Assembly (NCBI GenBank): GCA_004764695.1 | Contig: SMSO01000034.1 | Location: 1,178,001-1,242,000 of the forward strand | Length of the DNA stretch: 64,000 nt | From: Schizochytrium sp. TIO01 | Taxonomy: Eukaryota; Protista; Bigyra: Labyrinthulomycetes | Direction of reading: 5' to 3' | Shown: one piece after another, positions 30,951 through 41,500 of the stretch | Layout: each line of letters opens with the position of its first letter | Numbering within the stretch: position 1 is the first letter of the stretch | Notes under the pieces: generated by a model | Told to the model about the DNA's origin: nothing | What the model saw: the letters and a program-made list of their open reading frames with translations, nothing else | The model's database searches: none | Program-made: the position numbers and the translations under genes

Positions 30951-32139
30951 GTCATCAAATATACGATAACAAACCTATAGGCGCTATTGATTAGCTATTG
31001 AAGGAAGGAGTACACATGATGATTATGAATACACCTCTCTTTTAACTAAAACACTAGCTGTCTAGTAAGAATACCGTTCTGTTCGAAGGGTCCTAATGCC
31101 CACCTTTGCATGGGCTGGGCGTAGAACATAAACCTCCTCCCTAAAGAGGTTTTCCTTGTACAGCGCCACAGCTGCTCTTCTGGACTACCTGAGAAATTAT
31201 GTAGTTCTTTGGTGCCTTGGAACTCCCTTTGCTTTCAGGTTCTAAATCTGAATGGGCAATTTTGTATGTACTCAAGAGCCAATAGGGCAAAGAGTGCCGT
31301 GATAAACAAACGTATGTTCTATGTATACTTAAATGCTGAATAAAATGTGTTTTCTGAAGGGAGTACATGAATTTCTGGGGAATCAAAAACAGAAAATCTC
31401 ACATCAAGCATGTGACATGATTGTAACGAAGTTATTTTTACTTTATTTCCCGAGGGACATCACCAACCTACAGATTTCTTCGCCAGCCTCTGAGTCAATT
31501 CCATGATTATCGCATTACTCTTTGGCATCATACTTTCTAGATTCTATCATATATTAATTTAGTTTTACCAAGTTTCCATTGGAATGACTGTTTTCAATCA
31601 ACTACTTTTTTTCATCAGATCGAAGCAAAATAAAAGAGATAATTATAAAAGAAATTCTGGGTTTTACGGCTTGTTTGTTGCAGTAAAAACAACTAGAGGC
31701 ACACATTCTCGAATGCCCACAGTCACCAAATACGATAGGAAACAAAAAGTGCCTTGAGCTGCTGATCGAGGGGAGAACGGTGACAAAAACGAAGGGGACA
31801 ACAGTCTTTCGGATTCGTTCTAGCGCGGCGGAACATGCTTATATACATGAAGTGATAGAGTCAGTGCAACTCAAACTCAAATACAAGTATATATAGTAGA
31901 ACTTTGGAACCTATACCACGAAAGAGAAGTCAGCTCAAAAGTTGCAGATGGGTCAGCCCTTCAGAATACTGACGACGAGTTCATGCTCTGCTGATGTCGC
32001 ACTTTCTCGTTTTTGCTCTGCAAATGCGCTTTAACAATGGTTGAATAGTTTTTGCTAGCATGAATGGTAATGAAGATGAAGTGAGAAAAGTAAAAATACG
32101 AATGTCTCGCTTTTTCTTTGTTGTCTTTCCGAATTGTGT

Positions 32140-33699
32140 TTAGTACCCGTCTTGGCTTTCCCAGATGTCAAGGTAAATATCAATAAGGTCAGAGAGTCGC
32201 ATCGGCCGCGGTAGATCATAGGTTCTGCGAAGAGACGCAAGTCCTGAGATGACTTCCTCGTAGGGAATTGGTGCTGCGTGAGTGGGTTCTGCCTCCCCCT
32301 GGGGGCTGAGCCACTCCCCACGTTGTTGCTGCCACGCTTCAAGACCGACATTATAAAAATCTCCATCCACTCCATCTGGCCACCATGGGGATGGTGCTGC
32401 TCCAATTGTTGGGGAATTAAGAGAGTCTTGCTGGACTAAGCCTGGGGAGTTTATGGCTGCAAACGTTTCAGCCGTTCCAGGGCTTCCCAGTGCCTGCAAA
32501 TCTGACATCGACCTTGCGCCAGTCGCCCCACTGTCGCCATCGTCATTAAAGTTTCCGGCAACGACTACGTAAACAAAAGCACGTTCCACAAGCTTGGCAG
32601 ATGGACCACCTGCACGACGCGCATTTTCCAAGTCCATCGGAACATCATCTGCAGTCAAATGTCCGTAGGTCTGCACGGCAATAAAGGTTTGGGCGTCGCT
32701 AGAATGCAAATTCTTCATGGTAGAATCTGGAAGATCTAAGATAGACTCCAGGGCGCCAGTGCGAACTTGTGTAAAACTGGCATCCGCGCGTGCGTGTTCA
32801 CTGTCTAACGCAGCCTGCATCTGCAAAGCCGTATCTTCAGCCTCTGCGCCCAATACCAAGTTCTGCCATGGGCTGCGCTCGCGAGCCAGAAAGACCACCG
32901 CACCAGTACGCAGGGGTGTCTTGAGTGCAGCCTCACTAATGATAGCTGCACGCGCGACTGCAGAGCGGGCGCCAGCACCGTCATTGACGACGCCAAATGC
33001 GAGAGGTCCAAAGATGATGCAGTCAAACTCGCGATCTGGCAGAGATGCGATTGTAGGGTAATCAGCATGCAAAAGGTTATCCTGCACCTGGATCTGCTGC
33101 AACTGCTCGTAGTTTTTCAGCATGTTCGCCAATGCATTGGATGCGAGGTTTTCCTGGTCATCCGAACCGGCCGCGCTGCCTCCCGCGGCATATTTGTACA
33201 AGTCAGTTTCATCGCCGAGCGGGCAGTAAAGGTTGACAACAAGCTCGGGACCAAAGGCTGCCGTGAGGCCCTGCAGCAACACAGTCGCTTCATATACGGT
33301 GCATCCAACCATGAGAACTCGGGCATGCGAGACAGCACTTCCCTGGGGGTTCACGGCGTCTGGATGCAGAAGCATCCAATCTCGAAGCGCTGCAGAAAGG
33401 CTGCAAACATGGTGCATGGTTCGCGATCCCTTACCAGGAGAAGACGACGACGAGCCCAAGTTTACCGAAGAAAGACCAAGAAAATTGCTGTTACTACTGC
33501 CACTTGATGAGAAGAAGTGTAAAGGGTTGTGGTGGCTACGGTGACTTCCTGTGACTCTTGAAGAATCAGCTGCGTTCCGTGAAGAAGGACTTCGCGGAGC
33601 AGCAGCGGTAGAAGCGGCAGCAGCTGACGACGAAGAAGACGCTTTGGCGCCTTTGCGGCTCTCAGAAGAGGAAGAAAAGAGCCGCGCCCCGAGACTCAA
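32140..33699 (-). CDS. Protein with C-terminal DUF4050 (Gag1-like clamp) and a possible degenerate SAM-methyltransferase-like domain; start uncertain
   Basis: C-terminal FYNVGLEAWQQQRGEWL..PIPYEEV..LPRPMRLSDLIDIYLDIWE. The track start is TTG and the first in-frame ATG is at 33417, so a 5' exon is possible. Confidence 0.75.
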   Translation of the reverse strand: MSLGARLFSSSSESRKGAKASSSSSAAAASTAAAPRSPSSRNAADSSRVTGSHRSHHNPLHFFSSSGSSNSNFLGLSSVNLGSSSSSPGKGSRTMHHVCSLSAALRDWMLLHPDAVNPQGSAVSHARVLMVGCTVYEATVLLQGLTAAFGPELVVNLYCPLGDETDLYKYAAGGSAAGSDDQENLASNALANMLKNYEQLQQIQVQDNLLHADYPTIASLPDREFDCIIFGPLAFGVVNDGAGARSAVARAAIISEAALKTPLRTGAVVFLARERSPWQNLVLGAEAEDTALQMQAALDSEHARADASFTQVRTGALESILDLPDSTMKNLHSSDAQTFIAVQTYGHLTADDVPMDLENARRAGGPSAKLVERAFVYVVVAGNFNDDGDSGATGARSMSDLQALGSPGTAETFAAINSPGLVQQDSLNSPTIGAAPSPWWPDGVDGDFYNVGLEAWQQQRGEWLSPQGEAEPTHAAPIPYEEVISGLASLRRTYDLPRPMRLSDLIDIYLDIWESQDGY

Positions 33700-35940
33700 G
33701 ACGGACTCCAGCTTGCCAACCAGTTTCCAAGTGCTCGAGCGCGGGCCGAGGCCTGCGACTCGAGCTTACAGAACACTTCGTGGCCAGTGCAAAGACCAAA
33801 ACGTCTGCGTCTAGATTTTATTCACAGCAGATTCTCACCAAGTCTTCTTAAAATTCGCAGCAAAAAACCAAAATTGCAACCCCGCAAGAAGGCGAAATCG
33901 TAGGATTTTCTGCAATTCAATGAAGTCGTCAAAAATGTGTCAAGGGTCTTGCTTTGTGGTCTGTAGCACAACCTAAAGTCAGACAAGACTTTGTCTTTTT
34001 CTCTCTTAGCAGATAGTGAATCAAGCGAAGCTGTAAATTCGTCTCGGGATTTAGACAGTCAGTGCTCCGCGTGAACAGCGAGAGGTCCTTCGAAGGCTGT
34101 TCAGGTATACCGAGGGCAAAAATGCCCTTGAGCGATCACTTGTTCAAAGTACGCAAACAATTTGACTTTCTTCAAAACCGGGCCGTGCCCAGCTGGCCAC
34201 GTGTATCTGCAATGATATAGCAGGCGGCGTAGAGGGCCCGCAAAGGAAACCTCCGCCCCGTCTGCCTCGCGTGCGTAAGAGATCTCGGTCTGCGGAGCGA
34301 CGCGAGCGACGCGAGCGAAGCCTCTTCGAACTCGAGGGAGTGAGTACGTGCCTCCTAGAATATTCACTACTACTTGCCCGCTTGCGGTTTTTAGCGTTGT
34401 GGAGGCCTCTAAAGCCACTTGTACGGTACCAATAATCCACTGTACGGTATCTATAAATCACTTGGAAGAATCTATAACTCACTTGCAACCGCACTACACT
34501 GCCGCCACGAGGACGCCGCCCCTCGAGCGAGCCTTCTGCGCTCGCTAGAGGACACGAATCAAAGAAATCGTATTTGATATGTACCGGTTAGGCTCCGGCG
34601 AACCAAGATTGAACTACTTTCCTTTGGGCTACTCAGAGCAGAGACTTTGATGGGCAAGAACTCTGCGCTCTAGAATCAGATCCCAAGCGGCAAGACCCAC
34701 TGAAGTTTGTTAGCGTAGACTTCTGCGGTGAGTTCGGATCCGTACGGTGATTATGGATGATGGAAACTCTTAGTTCTTTGGACCGCGTTTCAACTCTTCA
34801 AAATCGGACCTAGTTGTACAGAACAGGCTTCCACGGGTTTGTCACGCTGGTGGGGATGGATGTAACCCAAGAATCAGGACCTCTGATTGAGCTATGGCGT
34901 GGCTTTGTGGAATGAAGAAGCATTGTTTTGGTGAGATCATCAAGTACACACCGTACAGGACGACATGAAAATTGAGAAAAGACTCATTAAGAAATAAAAT
35001 TATAAACCGAAAACAGTATGATATAGGTACCTGTACCTAGTCGCTTGATAAAGGCAGCAATTGCATTTGTGGCACCGTTGGGCTAAAGCCTGGACAGGTA
35101 CAGTAGCGAGACCGTGTGCACGCCTTCCTTAATGGTTTGATCTAGCTGCCGTTGTCCAGAGGTACCATACTCTGTCATTCCTTTGTCCCTCACGAGGTTC
35201 TAAGCTCCCTGGTTATCAGCGTTGATCTCGTATCCTGATTTTGCAGGTTCAACTATGTGAACAAAAAACGTGTAGATCGAGAAACCAGTGCTTGCACTTG
35301 CATCGCTGGTTTTCAAGGGTCGTAAACATGGATCCTGGTGTCGCACCAAAATATGTTCGCATGAAATCTGCTCGTGCAACACTCCGCATCATCAGCTCAA
35401 AGCAGGTTTCCCAAGTCCACCATGTGCCGTCACTATTCCATAAGGAGATCTACCTTGCTGCTTACAGCCTGAGCCTCTCGTAAGCATTGCCACCACAAAG
35501 TCAACTTGAAGACCATTATCTTTCACTCGTGACCAAACTTCAATTTCGCACTAAAAATGCGAATTCGATAACTACGCTTTGCATCAGCTTGGAGGGTCAT
35601 ATACTTGGATTGGCGCTTCTACAGCAATTCTCTTCAGACAATCTCGTCAATATCGTTTGCAAATACATCAACATAGAAGTATATTATGGTAGCATCAGAA
35701 GGTCGTGAACGACAAGGGAACTTTTAAAATGGGTTGTCCAAAATAGAAAGGAACACGGGAAAGAGAGACAATGATGATCCTTACAAATTAAAAGTAATAC
35801 AACAGAGAAAGTAAGAAAGAAAAAAAAATGAGAAAACAGAATTTGAAGGTGATGAGCAGGCAGAGACCAAAAGACAGGCAAACACGCAATTCGCAGCAAA
35901 GCCGTCGGCCTCTGCTAGCAGAAGCGAGGCAGAGGCCGCC

Positions 35941-38361
35941 ATGATGATAGTGTCTAGCACTGGTCGTGCTCTCCTGGCTCTGGCGCTTTTATGCGTCCTG
36001 GGTGTTGTCTTGAACTTGAGCATGACTGTCATGGAGCCGAAGCTCGACGAGGAGGTGCTCAAGGTTAATGAGGCAGCTTGGCTTAATCGATTCCAGCTCA
36101 CGGTTCCCGAACCATCTGTAAAACCTAGGGAAACTGGTAGCGGTACAAACGTCAAAGCACCAATCGTACTAGTCTTAGGGATTGGACATCAGCTCTGCGA
36201 GGCTGTAGCTGGGAGTTTCACGGCAAATCGTGAGAATTTACGTCAAGTGATCAGGGAGGATGAAATTTCGGCAAGTAAATATACGTTAGAGGCTGTACAC
36301 ACCATTGCAAAGTATCTCGGGTCACAGGCCCAGACAATACTTCCACGGCCAGCAGATCTGCCACAGGAAGTAGCTGAGTCCGCAACAGTGGCTATCACCC
36401 GTCTGTTGGATGAACTTGCCTCATCGCAGATGACGGTAGTTGCAGTGATCCCACACCTGGTTTTTCTCTGGCCAATAGTAGAACAACAGCTTCGTTTGAG
36501 AAAACTTGAGCATGTTCACCCAATTATTGTTGTGGAGGACGGCTTGGCGTCGTCTCTCAGGGACAATAGTCATTTTATTGATGCTGTAGGGCATGCAATG
36601 GTTAATGAACGTATTTTAGATACACTGTGTTTGATGCGTGTGCGTCCTTTTGATATCGAAGGTGGAACTGCATCTAACCTCCGTAGCGCGGTCATGCAGG
36701 ATAGGATTCGACTTGCACCAACTGTGAACCACAACAATGTAGAAAAATCCCCCTGCCAAGTGACTGAACTAGCAAGTATGCGTAATGCTATAATCTGGTC
36801 CAAGTTGATGCGATCTCTTGCGCTTCTCAGCTTGGATAGTATGAACCAGATTCCCCTTCTTCGTATCCCTACAGAGAATGTTTGTGGGTTCTTAAAAGAA
36901 AATATTGTCCTCATCAGCTCTGGCACATCTTCTCCACTTGAAAGCCCTAGCTCAATGATAAATGAAGACCAGAGAAAGAAGAACGATCGAAAAAGGCGGA
37001 AGCGCGCAGATCGTTCCCCTGAAGAAGGAGAAGCAAAGTCTGCATGCGAATTTCTTGGTCAAGATGTAGATGAATCCAAGACTCTTTCAAAAGCTTTTCT
37101 GCAAGACCTTGACCTACTTTTAGATCCTGAAGTTATGAGCTCTTTCAAGTTTGAAACCCCTGTCTCGTCACGTGGAGTACTGCCCAATCCTGTACTTGAA
37201 AATCTGTCAAATGATCGAATAGATGCTGGGTACTGTGTCGAGCAAGCAAACCTCAAGAAACTGTCGATGGAGAAGCGTACCTCTCTCGTCTTTCCTGTAG
37301 CACATTGTCTCCCTAGCTTTTTACTTATTGGGGCTCAGAAGGCAGGCACAGACGAACTTGCAGTATGGCTTAATCAACTCTTTTATGCCCGCCGCCTTGA
37401 CGGAGGCGTTGAAATTCATTTTTTTGATTGCCTAGGTCGCGGCAAGGGTTGGAACCGCTCCCCATGCTCCCGTGCCCGCAGACCCAAAATGTTGTACGAT
37501 AGCCATGCAGGAATGGAGAACCTTACCATTGCTAGAGAGAATGGCCAAAAGCTTGCTTTTGCTTGGAATGATCTTCGTAAAGAATCAAATTACGTATCTT
37601 CATGGTGGGAAAAATATCTCGAGCTAGGAAACATGTTCTATACAGGATACAAGCGGCATGCAATGACGTTTGAAAAAACACCAGCTTACATGGACTTAGG
37701 ACATCCCATGGATATGATGCGTATGATGCCATCTGCTAAGCTCATCTTCATGCTTCGGGATCCTGTGCAGCGCTTCATCTCATCCTACTTCCAAATGTGT
37801 AGTGGCATGTATCAAACTGTTCATAATTGCACGTATCCAGACATGCAGCAGCGATTCGAGACATTGAGTGCAGATTTCGATCCTACTGCCACGGACCGTT
37901 TTGATCAAAACTCAGTTGATTTCTTTGTCCACCGTGGTATTGCTCACTCCCTCTACTCTTACTGGTTGATGAAGTGGCGGGCAGCTTTTCCAGATCAGCA
38001 AATCATGATTGTTTTTTCGGAGCATTTCCGGGTGTTTCCCCAGGGTGTCATATTTGCCATTGAGAGTTTCCTGGGTTTGACAGAGTCGCGACAACACCAT
38101 CAATTCCATCCTATTAAAACCAACAAGGGTTATTATGTGCTTGGTGGGTATTCCAAGGCAAACAATCCTTCTCATAAGGAAGCCCCCCCAGCTGATCTAT
38201 TGCAACAATTGCAGGCGTTCTTTAACCCATATTCTGTTCAGCTCCGCAACCTCATTGAAAACTCAGATATTGTCTACAAGCCTCAGCAACAGGTGCCTGG
38301 TAAATATAACAGTGACTTCAGCTTCCCAGAATGGCTTGTGCCGGCCTCTTCTACTCTATAA
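35941..38361 (+). CDS. Type II membrane sulfotransferase (heparan 3-O-sulfotransferase/NDST-like Sulfotransfer_1 domain)
   Basis: N-terminal TM anchor; 5'-PSB LPSFLLIGAQKAGT, EIHFFD, FEKTPAY and 3'-PB KLIFMLRDPVQRFISSY. Confidence 0.9.
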   Translation: MMIVSSTGRALLALALLCVLGVVLNLSMTVMEPKLDEEVLKVNEAAWLNRFQLTVPEPSVKPRETGSGTNVKAPIVLVLGIGHQLCEAVAGSFTANRENLRQVIREDEISASKYTLEAVHTIAKYLGSQAQTILPRPADLPQEVAESATVAITRLLDELASSQMTVVAVIPHLVFLWPIVEQQLRLRKLEHVHPIIVVEDGLASSLRDNSHFIDAVGHAMVNERILDTLCLMRVRPFDIEGGTASNLRSAVMQDRIRLAPTVNHNNVEKSPCQVTELASMRNAIIWSKLMRSLALLSLDSMNQIPLLRIPTENVCGFLKENIVLISSGTSSPLESPSSMINEDQRKKNDRKRRKRADRSPEEGEAKSACEFLGQDVDESKTLSKAFLQDLDLLLDPEVMSSFKFETPVSSRGVLPNPVLENLSNDRIDAGYCVEQANLKKLSMEKRTSLVFPVAHCLPSFLLIGAQKAGTDELAVWLNQLFYARRLDGGVEIHFFDCLGRGKGWNRSPCSRARRPKMLYDSHAGMENLTIARENGQKLAFAWNDLRKESNYVSSWWEKYLELGNMFYTGYKRHAMTFEKTPAYMDLGHPMDMMRMMPSAKLIFMLRDPVQRFISSYFQMCSGMYQTVHNCTYPDMQQRFETLSADFDPTATDRFDQNSVDFFVHRGIAHSLYSYWLMKWRAAFPDQQIMIVFSEHFRVFPQGVIFAIESFLGLTESRQHHQFHPIKTNKGYYVLGGYSKANNPSHKEAPPADLLQQLQAFFNPYSVQLRNLIENSDIVYKPQQQVPGKYNSDFSFPEWLVPASSTL

Positions 38362-38570
38362 GGTCTCGAAGCCATGCTTCCCACGTCAGATTCAACTCTG
38401 GCCGGTATCTTTTAAAACTACGAAAGATATTGTATTTGCTTAACCTTGATGAAGCTAGACAAGGAATGGAGAACAAAATATACTTTACTAAAGTTCACGT
38501 GAAGCTTGGCTCGGTCATTTATTATTTGAATTTCACATAGTGTCATGCGTGGTTACCCATATTCACTTTA

Positions 38571-41500
38571 TTAATAAGCTGGGGCCGGAAGGCGTCGCAC
38601 TGAATAGTCATGCTGCTCCTCGTACGATCCTGCTCCTCGTAGAACAACATCGAAATCAAGTCCATTCTGTACAGAGAACCTGAACTTGCTCTCATGAAAA
38701 CCCTGAATTGACGGACTAAAACATACATGAATAGAAACAGGTACACGTTTACCATTTGAATCAAAACCTTGAGGCATAAAGGCCTGTGCAGAAGATAATG
38801 GAAGTGTTGGCCCCGCAAGAGTTCCTTGTTCAATATCAAATGACCAACAAGTTGGGTCGTCGATTGCATCGCCTTCCGTTTTCGGGACGTGTATTACGCG
38901 CCAGTGTGCTGGCACAACAGTTGGGTTGGCCATGTACAACACCGTACGCGCACTAGTCTCGACATGAATATCTCCAAAATCAAATAACGCTGGCGCAAGT
39001 AAGACTGCTGGGGCCACCATGGTACCTTCCAAATCCACAGCTTGATGATCACCATTATGAAAATAGATATCCAAGACGCGTTTATACGTCATTCTCAACA
39101 CATCATTTGGATCATGAGCCTTCTTGTCGACAAGTTGACCAGGTTGAAAGCGGATTGTTAGAGCCAAAGTGGTGCCTGGTGGAAGACCAGCTTTGCGTCC
39201 TACAGCAAATGCGTCAGGAGGAACATTCTCCTCAAGCCTTGCCAAGTCTTTCCCGGTCAATGTAACAGGTGTCGCACTTGTCGCTTTCACATCATGCAAG
39301 AAAAACGGAGGTTCTGATCGGACTACGCAAGACATTGTTGTTGGAGAAGAATTTGTAAACGTCAAGGTTTTGAAGAATGATCGGTGATCAATAGAACGAG
39401 TCGACCATGCAACAAAACCAAGGAATGCGCGTGCATTTCCACCTCTCAACGTGCGATCTAAATGCAGGGATGGCTTTGCTGAATGAGCGGCCAAGTGGAC
39501 TTTTTCAAAACCCCGTAGTGGTGTTCGAGAGGTTGCACCTGCGGGTGCACTACTGATTGAGCGTGACGCTGTGGATAGTCTTGACTCCCCGCGAGCGTCT
39601 GTTGCCGAGGAACCTACCGTGAGGAGCTCTGTAGCAATGCTTTCTAGAGTGATCTGGGAAACCACAGTGCCGTCCTCGTTCACTGGACCAGATGAATCAT
39701 CAGCCCAATCACAATCTGCAATAATGACAGCTGCATCCTCATTCTCTTCAGTTTCATGCGGAAAGAATGAAACTCGAAAGCTACCGTTGCCATAAGGCTT
39801 GATGACCTGCTCATGAGGCTCAACCACAAAAGGCGGGGCTTTGCTCAAATCACTGTGCGGTTTAAGTTTAATTTTAACCCGCTGATTTTCGTCAGCAGAC
39901 ATACCATCCTCGTCAAAAATGAACGTGGTCTCCAGTAAGTCCGCATTGTCTTCACGTTTTGCAACCACACGCCATCCAACTGAAGCAGCAACAGGCCCGT
40001 TATTTGTTATTTTAATAACCTTGTGCACTGCTTCAGTTCCAACCAGTGGGTGACCAAAATGCAACCTCGTCTCGCCGTTTTGCTTAACTAGACCGACAGT
40101 ATTAGCCGCCAAGCACAATGGCGAACCTATAACCCCAACTTTAATGGGGGTCACACTTGGGTTCAGACCATTGATCATGCAGTGCAACTCACTGCGATAG
40201 CGTCCCGGCATATTGTTGAAACAGTATAAGTCAACTATGATTGCTTGCCACGGCTTCAAAACCCCGGAACTAGGCAATGCAAGAAAAGCGATCCCGCGCC
40301 CTGCAGCAAGGACATCTCGATCTTCCTGTGCTTGAATTTTGTCCTCAATGTATTGTTTTCCTCCGTGACTCGCATACACTTGCCACTCTTCGTGCTGACT
40401 ACTCAGCTTTGCCACTGTGAGAGGTTCCTTCAACTTCAAGCCAAGCCCTGCGCGAGAATGCAAAAGTGAGCGAGGTACAGACTTTGCACCATATGCCTTG
40501 ACAACAATCTCATAGTTTGTAGTGATTGCTGAGTGATTAGCAATGCACAGTCGGAGACGCTTACGCTTGCATAGCTCAATCCCATTTCCAAAGTCAAGAA
40601 CTGGTAATTTGGACGAATTCTGATTTGCAGCATCTGAAGACAAACCTGCTTGTGCACTGGAGCTGGCCTTCCCACCTTCCTCGCCACGACTATCCGGACG
40701 CTCGGGATACATACTTTCAGCAGTTACGTTGTCTTCAACCAATGAATAAGCTACTACCAGACCACGTACGAGCGAATGTAAAGTAAATCCTAATGGTACA
40801 GACATGCCTTCTACTTCACAGGCGAAAATTGTTCCGACACGACCTGGCTTACGAGCATTGAAAGTCATTTCGATTGTTCGAACTTCTTTTGGCTCAAGAA
40901 CCCCTTTTGGACTTGAAAATGTTACGTCGTACGGTCTGCTAGTAAGGCTCTCTTCTTCACCAAAAACATCATCGGGCACTTTTGGATTTGACTCCGAGCT
41001 GACTTCCACCCAGCGAAAGGGTGCACACAAATTTGACAAATTGACTAACTGTACAGTACGAACGACTGGTACCGTGACATAAGTAGTCCCAAGATCAATT
41101 TTGCAGCGATTGTGGGTATCGCTCACACGCAGAAAAACCTTCGGTGACTGGATTTCTGCGCGTACATTGATGTAGAGAGCGGCACTGTGCTTCACCTGCA
41201 TGCAGAGTATTTTTCGCATACGTTCGGGGAGTGTGCCAGCTAGACAGCTTACGTCAACTTGTCGTACCTCGTTCGGGGCCAGCGTGATCTGAGCTCCATT
41301 CAAAATCTTAATTTGTGATTTGGTCTCATCTTGCGTCGAGATGGTATCCATTTCTCTCATGCAAATGTGTGCTGAAGCATATTTAGAGAGGTTTCGCAGA
41401 ACCAAGCTAGCATCACTCGATTTAGTCACACCCAGCAAACCAAAATCAATCTCTCGGGTTTCAAGTACAACTCGCGGCCCAAGCACTTCACCTTTAACGT

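Noticed and set aside
34100-35710. Short ORFs in the divergent spacer between the DUF4050 and sulfotransferase genes
   Set aside because: Frequent stops and no recognisable domain; probably promoter sequence or old debris.
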